A stretch of DNA of 64,000 nt from an uncultured Desulfobacter sp. (GCA_963665095.1 OY762069.1:4032001-4096000), one strand, 5' to 3'; positions 10,165 through 19,699 are shown, numbered from the stretch's first letter. The notes: generated by a model from the letters alone, not told the origin. Made by a program: numbers and translations.

Positions 10165-10209
10165 AGGGAAAAGGTCTCAATTTTTCAAACAATCTGGTGG
10201 GACTTAATT
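9179..10209 (-). mobile_element. Degenerate IS481-like insertion sequence (about 1.03 kb)
   Basis: Imperfect inverted repeats AGTCCCACAGGATTG (9184-9198, +) and AGTCCCACCAGATTG (10190-10204, -), 13/15 identical, bracket the transposase-like ORF. Confidence 0.65.
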
Positions 10210-10741
10210 ACAAAAAACTAAAAATATCCATTTAAATGAAATGCAGTTTCGCTGCAGACCCGGCAGAATCTTCTCATGGCAGTCGGAAAAATAATCCGGT
10301 CGGCGATGTATACTTCCGGTAAATATGCCCTGATAAACCGGTACAAGGGGCCATACCCCATGGATTCTCCAGAACAGAATGTAATATAACCTATTGCTGT
10401 TATAAAAAATCCTTTGATTGCCGGGCTTGCATCCTCAACGTCAGCAATATACCAGTGTGCCATATCTACAGGGTCTCTAATTATTTGTTACAGCAATATC
10501 CGGACCAGATCTCAGCGAAAAGATGAATTGAATTTGATTTTCCAGCCCCAAAGGCGTATTATCGGGCTTAACGGTTTCCGGTGTGTATTTGCCGCTCAAG
10601 CGCCAAAATCACAGCCGGATTAATTTTTTAATGATACAAAGCCACACCGGTTTTCATGCCGGGATACAATGCACAGCAACACATGGAAAACAAAACAATT
10701 TACGTTTTTCACTTTTAAACGCAACATGGGATCTCCCGGAA

Positions 10742-12106
10742 ATGACTTTTGCACAACATAAGGCCCTGTCTCCCGGCCGCATCTCCATGCTCAGCTATGC
10801 CGGTCTTATTATTTTAGGAGCCCTTCTGCTGCTTTTACCCATATCCACGGCAAAAGGTCACTTACACCTTATTGATGCGCTTTTTACCTCAGCCTCAGCC
10901 GTCTGTGTCACAGGTCTGACGGTGGTGGACACGGCATCCACCTTCACCTTTTTCGGCAAATGCGTCATTCTGACACTCATTCAGGCTGGCGGTATCGGCA
11001 TCATGGTACTGTCCACCCTTTTTCTGGTCACTTTAGGCAAACGCGTGGGCATGACCGGCCGTCAGATGCTCAGCGATACGTACAGCTACGGTCAGGGTAA
11101 AAACGTGCACACCCTGGTCAGGGAAATCATTATCTTCACCCTGGTGTTTGAACTGATCGGTGCCGGTGTCATGCTGCCTGTTTTTCTTGGCAGGTTTCCC
11201 GTGGACACAGCGATCTGCTATGCGCTTTTCCACTCTGTCAGTGCTTTCTGCAATGCCGGATTTTCCCTGTTTCCCGACAGTTTCACCGGCTACGGCAGCA
11301 ACTGGATCATCAACCTTGATATCTGTCTTCTGATCATTACCGGTGGCATCGGCTTTATTGTCATGGCTGAAATCCGGCAGAAATTTTCATTTTCAAAACG
11401 GTGCTGGTCCGCCTTAAGCCTTCATACCCGGCTGACACTATCTGCCACCCTGTTTCTTCTTGCCGGAAGCACGTTGTTGTTTTTTGTTCTGGAATGGTCC
11501 AACACCCTTAAAGACCTGCCCCTGCATGCCAAACTCCTGACTGCATTTTTTCAGGCTGTCAACACCCGGACCGCCGGGTTCAACACCCTTGATATCGGCA
11601 GTCTGGCCAATGAGACCCTTTTTATCAGCATTCTTTTAATGTTTGTGGGAACAGCCCCGGGCTCCTGCGGCGGCGGGGTCAAGGTGACCACCGTATCCAG
11701 TCTGGCCATCCTGGGATATTCCAGGTTCCGGGGCCAGGAACACCCCCATATTTTCTACCGCAGGGTGTCAGACGCCAGTATTTCCAAGGCGGTAAGCCTG
11801 ATTATCATCAGTATGATGGTAATTGTCATTGGCGTGGTTCTACTTCAGCAGACGGAAATCGGAGATGTTCCCCATAATCTGACCCGGGGTTCCTTTCTTG
11901 AAATTTTATATGAAGTGGTCAGCGCATTCGGCACTGTAGGTCTTTCCACCGGTATCACCCCGGGATTTTCCTGGGCCGGCAAGCTGATTCTCGTGTTCAT
12001 CATGTTCATCGGGCGCCTGGGCCCCATGGGCATTGCCCTGGCCGTAAGCCGGAAGGCTAAACCAAGTAAATTCTCTTATGCCCAGGAAAATATCATGATT
12101 GGATAA
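10742..12106 (+). CDS. ktrB: Ktr/Trk potassium uptake membrane subunit (KtrB/TrkH family)
   Basis: Four pore-loop motifs: SAVCVTGL, SAFCNAGF, TRTAGF, SAFGTVGLS; MFIGRLGP; start estimated at ATG 10742. Confidence 0.92.
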   Translation: MTFAQHKALSPGRISMLSYAGLIILGALLLLLPISTAKGHLHLIDALFTSASAVCVTGLTVVDTASTFTFFGKCVILTLIQAGGIGIMVLSTLFLVTLGKRVGMTGRQMLSDTYSYGQGKNVHTLVREIIIFTLVFELIGAGVMLPVFLGRFPVDTAICYALFHSVSAFCNAGFSLFPDSFTGYGSNWIINLDICLLIITGGIGFIVMAEIRQKFSFSKRCWSALSLHTRLTLSATLFLLAGSTLLFFVLEWSNTLKDLPLHAKLLTAFFQAVNTRTAGFNTLDIGSLANETLFISILLMFVGTAPGSCGGGVKVTTVSSLAILGYSRFRGQEHPHIFYRRVSDASISKAVSLIIISMMVIVIGVVLLQQTEIGDVPHNLTRGSFLEILYEVVSAFGTVGLSTGITPGFSWAGKLILVFIMFIGRLGPMGIALAVSRKAKPSKFSYAQENIMIG

Positions 12107-12119
12107 AGGTAGGTTTTAT

Positions 12120-12782
12120 ATGAAACAATTTCTGATTATCGGGCTGGGGAATTTCGGATTTTACCTGGCCACCCACTTATACAGTAAAGGCCACGAAGTC
12201 ATGGCCATTGACAAAAATCCGATCCTGGTGCAGTCCATTAAAGACCAGGTGACACAGGCGGTTGTGGCCGACGCCACAGATGCAGGCCCCCTCAGGGAAC
12301 TTGGGGTAAAAGGCGTGGATACGGCCGTGGTGGGCATTGGTTCCGTACTCGGAGATTCCATCCTCGCCGTGCTCAACCTCCAGGAGATCGGCATTCCGCA
12401 CATCGTGGCCAAGGCCATCAGTGACCCCCACAAAAAAGTCCTGGAAAAACTGGGAGTGGAGGATATTATTTTTCCGGAAAAGGACACAGCCCTTTCCATG
12501 GCAAAAAAAATGGACAATCCCAATCTTATTGATTATCTGCCGTTCATGGAAGGATACGGTATCATTGAGCTGGCTGTACCTGAAAAATTTGTGGGCAAAT
12601 CCCTTAAGCAGATCAACCTGACAAACACCTACGGAGTCCAGGTGATTGCCATAAACAGCCCGGAAACAAAGCACACAAAGTTCACCCCCCAGGCAGACAG
12701 CGTTTTGAATCAGGAAGATATCCTGATCCTTCTTGGTCCGGAAAAAGGTCTGGACACGCTGAAAAACGCCACCAAAAAATAA
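12120..12782 (+). CDS. ktrA: Ktr/Trk potassium uptake NAD-binding RCK subunit (KtrA/TrkA family)
   Basis: IIGLGNFG Rossmann motif, IIFPEKD, TrkA-C domain; directly follows ktrB. Confidence 0.92.
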   Translation: MKQFLIIGLGNFGFYLATHLYSKGHEVMAIDKNPILVQSIKDQVTQAVVADATDAGPLRELGVKGVDTAVVGIGSVLGDSILAVLNLQEIGIPHIVAKAISDPHKKVLEKLGVEDIIFPEKDTALSMAKKMDNPNLIDYLPFMEGYGIIELAVPEKFVGKSLKQINLTNTYGVQVIAINSPETKHTKFTPQADSVLNQEDILILLGPEKGLDTLKNATKK

Positions 12783-12868
12783 AGCATCAGAAAAAAAACA
12801 ACCTGCCATCCTGCTTGCTTTTTTATTTGTATTCCTCGTTGGAGCAAGGCCTTTCCAAAGGGCTGGAA

Positions 12869-13540
12869 TCAAATCCGGAACAACGACAAAGGAGACGGAC
12901 ACAGTCCGTCCATGATTGCAAAATCCGTGACGCTGCAGTACCCCTTGGACACCCATCCGTCATCAATACCTTTTTGCGTGATTACCTGCAGATGGGTGTG
13001 GTAGAACCAGTCGCCGTTTTCATGGAAATCCCCGATCCGGGCAAAGGCCTGACCGGCTTCGAACCTGCCGCCCTTTGCCGGCAGACTCTCCCTGTTGAGA
13101 TGGCCGTACAGGCTGTAAAAGGTGTCAAAAAAGGGGCTGTCATGCCGCAGCAGGACATTGCCCCCGTAATTGCCCTTGCCCTCTTCATACCCACTTTCTT
13201 CAACCACGCTGTCCAAAGGGGCATGCAGCGGGGTGTCAATGGGCACGATAATATCCAGGCCCAGGTGATAATACCGTTCTTCTGCTTTCATCTGGGGATA
13301 ATGGGACAAAATAGTCCTGCGGTCTTCAAGATAGGAGGAAACGCCCCAGGAGTATCTGCCGGCCATGGCAGCATCGAGCCATGCCTGAAACGCTTTCTGG
13401 TCCATGATGTCCACCTGGTCGTATACATCAGACCCCAGGGACATGTCCACCACCAGGGGATCGCCTTTCAGCCCCTGAAACAGGGGCTGGATGTCAACCT
13501 TGTCACTATATGCTACATAGGGATATCTCATCAGTTCCAC
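12869..13540 (-). CDS. M23 peptidase-fold metallohydrolase without signal peptide
   Basis: HLGLD (HxxxD), YG..V..H, YSLYGHL and HTH (HxH) zinc motifs; hydrophilic N-terminus. Confidence 0.8.
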   Translation of the reverse strand: MELMRYPYVAYSDKVDIQPLFQGLKGDPLVVDMSLGSDVYDQVDIMDQKAFQAWLDAAMAGRYSWGVSSYLEDRRTILSHYPQMKAEERYYHLGLDIIVPIDTPLHAPLDSVVEESGYEEGKGNYGGNVLLRHDSPFFDTFYSLYGHLNRESLPAKGGRFEAGQAFARIGDFHENGDWFYHTHLQVITQKGIDDGWVSKGYCSVTDFAIMDGLCPSPLSLFRI

Positions 13541-13548
13541 CGAAAATG

Positions 13549-16011
13549 TTAAGAAACCGGAAAATCATTGGTCTTGATCAGCCCCGGCACGTTGACCACC
13601 GGATGTCCCTCCTCCTGGATACGCACACCATCGGGAAAGACAAACTGCTCATCCATGGCTTTATAATAGTCTTCATCATAACAGGCAAGCGCGATTTCAA
13701 CCGTATCTCCGGTTGTCACAAACCGTGAGGTCAGCCCGTAATCCACCTCGCCCAGTTCCGTGGCAATGATGTATCTCGGGATCTCACGACCTGAGCCCTC
13801 CCGCCGCACCATTGTGGCAATGCTGGTCACATCAAAGGAGTCAATGGGGCGGGCCTCATTCCACCGCGCCTGGACCGGCAGGCCTGCAACATACAGATGG
13901 TGGAATTCTATGCCGGCATTCCTTAAGGCATAAGCCAGATCATGAATGGCATTGTCTGTATCATTGATACCGCCAAGCAGCGGCACATTGGCATAAACGG
14001 AAATGCCCAGATTGTTCAGCCGCCGGGCAAGTTTTGCATGGGCTTCTGTTATATCCTGTGACCGGACAAACCAGGTCTCAATCTCCAGGCGCAAAGGCTC
14101 AACCACACACAGGCGGTTCATCTCTCCCAGGGTATTAACCGCCATACGGGTAAATTTTTCAGGGGATAGGGCAAACGTCATGGAGCGCAGGCGAAGGGTG
14201 TTTACATGGTCAATAGCGTCCAGTTCTTTCATAATGTTGCGGATGCTGGACAGGCAGGTCACAGGATCCCGGTCACAGGTCAAGACCACATCCGTAATCC
14301 TGTGATCCGCCCGGATATAGGAAAACTCCTCCTTTGTGGCTGTTTCGTTGATAAGTACCCGGGTTTCATGAAGCCTTGCCAGGCTGTCAAGTCCGGTGTT
14401 TACAACGGAGCAGGCCGTCTGGCAGACATCGGCCAGCTCCTGTTCAATCTCTTTGATTTCTATGGGACTTGCTTCCGCATTTTTGGCAGCACTTTTCCCA
14501 GGACGGTTTCCGATCAGGTAATCATCATTACCAATCTTTGCCATGTACTGGATATCAATGGTGCCTTCTTCATTGATCCGGATATTGCTCAGTTCATTGG
14601 CCAGGGGCGCAAAGGCTTTGAAATAACCTGGCGTGTAAGGCGTTCTGATCCAGATGAAATTATCATTCTCCCCCACCCGTTCAACTGCCCATCCACTGGA
14701 AAACCAGTCCATTTTTCCAATGGGTGTGGCTGTGCAGATCCTGGGAATGGCCCGGTCAGACAAATGGGCCCGCAGGTGCAATGCAGTATCAATACCGTCG
14801 GCCAGGGATTTCCAGTAGATAGAGTTGCCATGGATGGGGCTGCACGGAATATAGATATAGTGCATCTCGGCACCGGCCCCCCTTAGACGGGAGAACAGCG
14901 TGACCAGCTCCGGCCCCTCATCATTGCATCCGCTTAAAAAGGGTGTCTGGATATACACGGCAATGCCGGCGTTGACCAGGTCGGTTATAATCTCCAGGCT
15001 TTCCGGGGAAATTTCATCGGGATGGATAAAATGGGTGGCCACTTCCATGCGCTTGCCATGTCTTTGCAGCTCAAAGCTTTTCTGTTTGAGATACTTGAGA
15101 TATTCACACTCTTTTTCCAGAAACAGGTCGGGATAATAGGCCACAGACCGGGTGGCAAGTCTTAAGGACTGGACATGATCCACGGCCATCAGGCCGTCAA
15201 TGGTGGCGGCCATATTCTTCCGGTTCATGAAAGGATCGCCGCCTGTTACAACAATTTCCTTGATACCAGGCGAGTTTTTCACATGATCCACCGCCTTCAT
15301 TACGTCTTCGGGGGTGGGATTTTTTTCGTTCCGTGAATCCTTGTGTTTCCGGAAGCAGAACCGGCAATATACCGGACAGCTCATATTGAGCAGAAAAATA
15401 ACCCGGTTCTGGTACATCTGCTCCAGAAGACCGTCGTGAAACTGACCGATCCAGGTGTTGGTGTGCCCCACCGAGTTAAGCTCCTCCACAAAGGGCAGAT
15501 ATTGATAGGCCACATCCCTTGAGACCATCATCTGACGGATGGTATGCGCTGAAATCCTCACGGGATATTTTTCAATCACCTCCTGCAAAGCCGCCTCGTC
15601 AGATTCAGGAATCTCCAGGTTGGTCAGCGTCACCAGCTGCCCGGTATCCCTGACCGATTTATACCCGTGCCCCGGCAGGACCTGTTCAAGCATATCTGCC
15701 AGCAGAACTGCGGGAAGGCGAACGCCGTTGACCGCCAAGGCCCATCCGTCGCCCCGGGCTATGGTTCCCAGAATCTGCTCAAAAAATCCCCTGGGATCAT
15801 TTTCATAACCGCAGGCGTTCAGCAGAGAGGCAAACCGGTTCTCCCCGCTTCCCTGCCCAATGAGCGCTGCAAATTTCTGCCCGCAGAACTGCGTATTCCC
15901 GTAGATATCGAGAAATTGAACAACCCCGCGGGTCAAATTTTCAACGGGAACCTCTACCTGTTTTTTAGCGTGCTGGAATTCAATGTTCAGCACCTGATTT
16001 TGTGTTTCCAT
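13549..16011 (-). CDS. KamA (lysine 2,3-aminomutase-like) radical SAM protein with duplicated degenerate C-terminal domain
   Basis: CPVYCRFCFRK, TGGDP, THFIHPDE, QTPFLSGCND, TPIGK; a second homologous repeat occupies the C-terminal ~300 aa. Confidence 0.85.
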   Translation of the reverse strand: METQNQVLNIEFQHAKKQVEVPVENLTRGVVQFLDIYGNTQFCGQKFAALIGQGSGENRFASLLNACGYENDPRGFFEQILGTIARGDGWALAVNGVRLPAVLLADMLEQVLPGHGYKSVRDTGQLVTLTNLEIPESDEAALQEVIEKYPVRISAHTIRQMMVSRDVAYQYLPFVEELNSVGHTNTWIGQFHDGLLEQMYQNRVIFLLNMSCPVYCRFCFRKHKDSRNEKNPTPEDVMKAVDHVKNSPGIKEIVVTGGDPFMNRKNMAATIDGLMAVDHVQSLRLATRSVAYYPDLFLEKECEYLKYLKQKSFELQRHGKRMEVATHFIHPDEISPESLEIITDLVNAGIAVYIQTPFLSGCNDEGPELVTLFSRLRGAGAEMHYIYIPCSPIHGNSIYWKSLADGIDTALHLRAHLSDRAIPRICTATPIGKMDWFSSGWAVERVGENDNFIWIRTPYTPGYFKAFAPLANELSNIRINEEGTIDIQYMAKIGNDDYLIGNRPGKSAAKNAEASPIEIKEIEQELADVCQTACSVVNTGLDSLARLHETRVLINETATKEEFSYIRADHRITDVVLTCDRDPVTCLSSIRNIMKELDAIDHVNTLRLRSMTFALSPEKFTRMAVNTLGEMNRLCVVEPLRLEIETWFVRSQDITEAHAKLARRLNNLGISVYANVPLLGGINDTDNAIHDLAYALRNAGIEFHHLYVAGLPVQARWNEARPIDSFDVTSIATMVRREGSGREIPRYIIATELGEVDYGLTSRFVTTGDTVEIALACYDEDYYKAMDEQFVFPDGVRIQEEGHPVVNVPGLIKTNDFPVS

Positions 16012-16017
16012 CCCTTG

Positions 16018-16332
16018 CTATACCTCGTAAGCCTTATAAACGTAATACACGCTGTATTCCGGAAGCCCTTGTCCCATGAGCTTTCCCAGAATCTGTTCTT
16101 CAATGCCGGGCCGTACCTGAACCATCAGGTATTCCAACCCGGAATCCATATCAATCACCTGTTGCCAGACCATCTTCTCCTTTTCAAGAAAACTGTATAT
16201 CCTGAGTTCCAGGGCCAGTATGGAGCCATTCCCCGGTCCGGGCCGGTTTTCAAACACAATATAACTTTTTCCCGGATCCAGGTTTTCCCTGATCCACGCA
16301 AAATTTTTATGTTCCGGACCCTGATCTGAAAT
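16018..16332 (-). CDS. Small hypothetical protein (104 aa) with apparent ATT start codon
   Basis: AAAGGAGG + 6 nt + in-frame ATT at 16332; in-frame TAA just upstream; stop lies 6 nt before the KamA-like start. Confidence 0.65.
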   Translation of the reverse strand: MSDQGPEHKNFAWIRENLDPGKSYIVFENRPGPGNGSILALELRIYSFLEKEKMVWQQVIDMDSGLEYLMVQVRPGIEEQILGKLMGQGLPEYSVYYVYKAYEV

Positions 16333-16417
16333 TTGCGGCCTCCTTTAATTCAACCATTCAGTCGCCCTTGCTCCAGAGCCAGTGTTTAAGCGGCAAGTTG
16401 CACGGTTGCACGGCCGC

Positions 16418-17515
16418 TCAAACACCCAGTAATCTGCAGTGAAAGGGGTCTGCCTTGACAAACACCTCATCCCCCCGGCGGTAAGGACTTCTTTTGACAA
16501 AATTAATCACATGCAGCACCTGGCCCGGGGCCAGCTCAACAAAATAGCTCACCTCTCCGCCCATGTAGCTGCGGTCCACAATTTTGCCGAAAAAATAGTT
16601 CATGCCCGGTTCCCGGGTAAAATCACGGTTGTGCCCAAGCATCATTTTCTGGGCACGGATCACGATTTCTGCCCTATCATCTTTGGCAAACGCCCCGGAC
16701 GGATTGGTAAGACAGATGCTGCCATCCCCCAGCCGCACCTTGAGATAATCTCCCTCCTTTTCGTCCACCACAGCGTCAAGAAAATTGGAATGGCCCAGGA
16801 AATCAGCCACAAAATGGTTGGCTGAATTGTTGTACACCTCTTCGGGTGTCCCTTCCTGCTGGATAAAGCCGTCTTTCATCACCACCACCTTGTCGGACAT
16901 GGACAGGGCTTCTCTCTGATCATGGGTAACAAAAATGGTCGTCACGCCCAGGGCCTGCTGGAGGTTGTCAATCTCCCGGCGCATATCCTCCCGAAGGTTT
17001 TCATCCAGGGCTGACAGGGGCTCGTCCATGAGCAGGACATCCGGTTCAATGACAATGGCCCGGGCAAGGGCAATACGCTGCTGCTGCCCGCCGGAGAGCT
17101 GGGAGGGCATCCGGTCTCCGACGCCGGGCAGGCGCACCGTTTCCAGGGCCGTATCCACCTTCCTTTTAATTTCAGGCTTTAAATCCCCCCGGTACTTCAG
17201 GCCGAATGCCACATTGTCAAATATGGTTTTATGGGGAAACAGGGCATAATTCTGAAATATCATTCCCAGGTTCCGTTTATGGATGGGGGTGTTGTTAATA
17301 CGTTTGCCTTTAATGAAGATATCCCCATGGGTGGGCGTTTCCAGTCCGGCCAGCATTCTGAGCAGGGTGGTTTTCCCGCATCCGGACGGTCCAAGAAGGG
17401 TCACAAGGGAGCCTTCGGGAATGGTCAGGTCCATTTTTTTCACCGCCGTCACCTTGCCGTAATGTTTTTCAATCCCCACAAATTTTACAAACTCCGGGTT
17501 TTTTTCTTGTGCCAA
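16418..17515 (-). CDS. ABC transporter ATP-binding protein, PotA-like
   Basis: GPSGCGKT, LSGGQQQR, LLMDEPLS, C-terminal TOBE-like domain. Confidence 0.92.
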   Translation of the reverse strand: MAQEKNPEFVKFVGIEKHYGKVTAVKKMDLTIPEGSLVTLLGPSGCGKTTLLRMLAGLETPTHGDIFIKGKRINNTPIHKRNLGMIFQNYALFPHKTIFDNVAFGLKYRGDLKPEIKRKVDTALETVRLPGVGDRMPSQLSGGQQQRIALARAIVIEPDVLLMDEPLSALDENLREDMRREIDNLQQALGVTTIFVTHDQREALSMSDKVVVMKDGFIQQEGTPEEVYNNSANHFVADFLGHSNFLDAVVDEKEGDYLKVRLGDGSICLTNPSGAFAKDDRAEIVIRAQKMMLGHNRDFTREPGMNYFFGKIVDRSYMGGEVSYFVELAPGQVLHVINFVKRSPYRRGDEVFVKADPFHCRLLGV

Positions 17516-17544
17516 ACCGTATCTCTCCCATCAGCAGTCTGGGA

Positions 17545-17570
17545 ATTTCCCGGAGCATACCCCGGGAAAT
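17545..17570 (-). other. Intercistronic stem-loop after the substrate-binding protein gene
   Basis: ATTTCCCGG ... CCGGGAAAT inverted repeat; typical position for an mRNA stabiliser or partial terminator. Confidence 0.45.
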
Positions 17571-17611
17571 CCATCAATTAAGGCTGTTATTGTTTTATCG
17601 TTATTTTAATT

Positions 17612-18772
17612 TTATCCGGCCATGACCCGGTCCCATTTTTCAGCCCAGTCGATCTGGTGGCTGTTCCAGTAGGCAGGATCGGCAAACAGATATCCGTCCA
17701 GTTTCCCTGTGGGATCAAAGGCAGGCAGTTTTTGTACATCTTCAGGCATTTTAACCTTGGTGGGATCAAGGCTGGGGGGATAACTCTGGCCCTGGGCCAC
17801 AGCAATGGAGGCGGCCGGTTCCAGCATAAAATTGAGCAGCTTCTGGGCTACTTCAAGGTCCGTCCCCTTAAGGACATACATATATTCCATCCAGGAGTAC
17901 GTGCCGTTGGGCGACAGATACCCGATGGGGTGCCCCTGTTTCTGCAGGGCTGCCACCCGGCCGGACCATGCCACGGTGGCATATATTTCACCGTTGCCCA
18001 GCAGGCTCATCAGTTCTGATCCGGATGCCCAGTACTTTTTCATCAATCCTCTTTGTTCCTTCAGGGCATTCCACACAGCACCCTCGTCCTTGATATTGTT
18101 GGGATTCTGACCGGTATGAAGGGCCGCATACCACATATTGGTTCTGAAATCACCACCCCAGGAACCCAGTTTTCCCTTCAGGCTCTTGTCAAACAAAAGG
18201 GAGGCCCCCAGCTTCTCAGCCTTATCCTTTGAAATTTTATCCGTGTTATATGCAATGCCGGTCTGGCCCAGATCAAAGGGCACGGCAGACAGGGTCCCCT
18301 TGGTGATACCCCGTAAGGTTTCCGTCATTTTGGTCATGACGTTTTTCAAATTGGGAATTTTGGATTCATCAAGCACCACCCCAAATCCTAAATCCGTATA
18401 CCTGGCATAATCATACACCGCACTCAAATGGGCAATATTAAATTCTCCGCCAGGCGGATAAGAGGCCTTGACCTGGGTCAGAAAGGCATCCATGCCTGTA
18501 AATGCGGCATCAATCACCTCAATACCACTGGCCTTGGTAAAGGGATCAAAGGCATATTTCCTCAGTGCTTCCGATACCGTGCCACCCCAGGAGTGGCAGG
18601 TGATGGACTTTGAACCGGAAAACACCTGATTCACCATGCCAAAGGGCCCGCCCAGAATACCAAGGGAAGCCCCGGCAATACCCAGTACCTTAACAAAGTC
18701 CCGCCGGGAAATATCTCCGGCCTGATAGCTTTCATGCAATCGATCCAAATTTTCTGCCCATTTGTTTCCCAT
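17612..18772 (-). CDS. PotD/PotF-like extracellular solute-binding protein with Tat signal
   Basis: SRRDFVK twin-arginine motif plus hydrophobic stretch; SWGG, IAYNTD, AWSGR, LNFML motifs. Confidence 0.88.
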   Translation of the reverse strand: MGNKWAENLDRLHESYQAGDISRRDFVKVLGIAGASLGILGGPFGMVNQVFSGSKSITCHSWGGTVSEALRKYAFDPFTKASGIEVIDAAFTGMDAFLTQVKASYPPGGEFNIAHLSAVYDYARYTDLGFGVVLDESKIPNLKNVMTKMTETLRGITKGTLSAVPFDLGQTGIAYNTDKISKDKAEKLGASLLFDKSLKGKLGSWGGDFRTNMWYAALHTGQNPNNIKDEGAVWNALKEQRGLMKKYWASGSELMSLLGNGEIYATVAWSGRVAALQKQGHPIGYLSPNGTYSWMEYMYVLKGTDLEVAQKLLNFMLEPAASIAVAQGQSYPPSLDPTKVKMPEDVQKLPAFDPTGKLDGYLFADPAYWNSHQIDWAEKWDRVMAG

Positions 18773-18848
18773 CTGGCTCTCCTTTTCTTACAAATTTATA
18801 AATTTTCCCGGAACCGGTTTTTCCGGCCCGGGTGTTGCGTCAATCTAT

Positions 18849-19649
18849 TTATTTACCCCTTCCTTTCGTAAACCGCCGCGTCAGATATCCCGCTAAAAGA
18901 GGGGTGGAGACTGTGAGGACGATCATAACCGTACCAAGGGCGTTGATCTCCGGGCTGATGGAATTTCTCAGCATGCCGAATATTTTAACCGGCACAGTCT
19001 GGTTCTGGGCTGTGGCCCAGAACAGGGTGGCGGTCACATCATCAAATGAAATGGTAAAGGAGAAGAGCATACCGGCAAACACAGCCGGGGCCAGCAGTGG
19101 AAAGGTAATCTCTTTAAACGTCTGGAGTGGGCTTGCCCCCAGGGACATGGCAGCTTCTTCATACTCTTTTTTAATCCCCACCAGCCGCGCCTGGACAATG
19201 AGCAGGACATAGGGCAGGGTCAGCACCACATGGCCGGTGAGGAGCATGGCAAAGCTCTTGGGCTGCTGGAGCCAGCGGATAAACAGCAGCAGGGCCACGC
19301 CCAGCACCACCTCGGGAATCATGATGGGGGCTATGAGCAGGGTGTTTAAAAAATCCTTGCCCTTAAAGTCATACCGGATAAAGGCCATGGCTGCCGGGAC
19401 ACCTATGGCCGTGGTAAAGACAGCAGTGAGAGACCCCAATACCATGGAATTCTTAAATGCGTCCAGAATGGAAGAGTTGTGGGAGAGCTTGACAAACCAT
19501 TTAAAGCTGAACCCCTCCATGGGGAATGATCCGAACTGATGGGGGTTAAATGCCAGGATGACAACAGCCACAATGGGTGCAAACATCCAGATATAAACCA
19601 GAAGCGTATACAGTTTAATCAAAGTCCATCCGGAAAATGCTTTTTTCAT
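18849..19649 (-). CDS. ABC transporter permease, PotC-like
   Basis: EEAAMSLGA EAA loop, FTISFDD, SISPEINAL. Confidence 0.92.
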   Translation of the reverse strand: MKKAFSGWTLIKLYTLLVYIWMFAPIVAVVILAFNPHQFGSFPMEGFSFKWFVKLSHNSSILDAFKNSMVLGSLTAVFTTAIGVPAAMAFIRYDFKGKDFLNTLLIAPIMIPEVVLGVALLLFIRWLQQPKSFAMLLTGHVVLTLPYVLLIVQARLVGIKKEYEEAAMSLGASPLQTFKEITFPLLAPAVFAGMLFSFTISFDDVTATLFWATAQNQTVPVKIFGMLRNSISPEINALGTVMIVLTVSTPLLAGYLTRRFTKGRGK

Positions 19650-19699
19650 AATCTGTCCCTGCCTGTCGTTTTAATAATCTTCAAAGTGCCCGACACAGG

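Noticed and set aside
10218..10463. 81-aa minus-strand ORF between the IS-like element and ktrB
   Set aside because: No recognisable motif or convincing RBS; may be spurious or a decayed remnant
10465..10741. c-di-AMP (ydaO) riboswitch expected upstream of ktrB
   Set aside because: The conserved GCTGAA...GGGGGAAC...CCCGTCAGCTAAC pattern is not visible; only short unspecific stems
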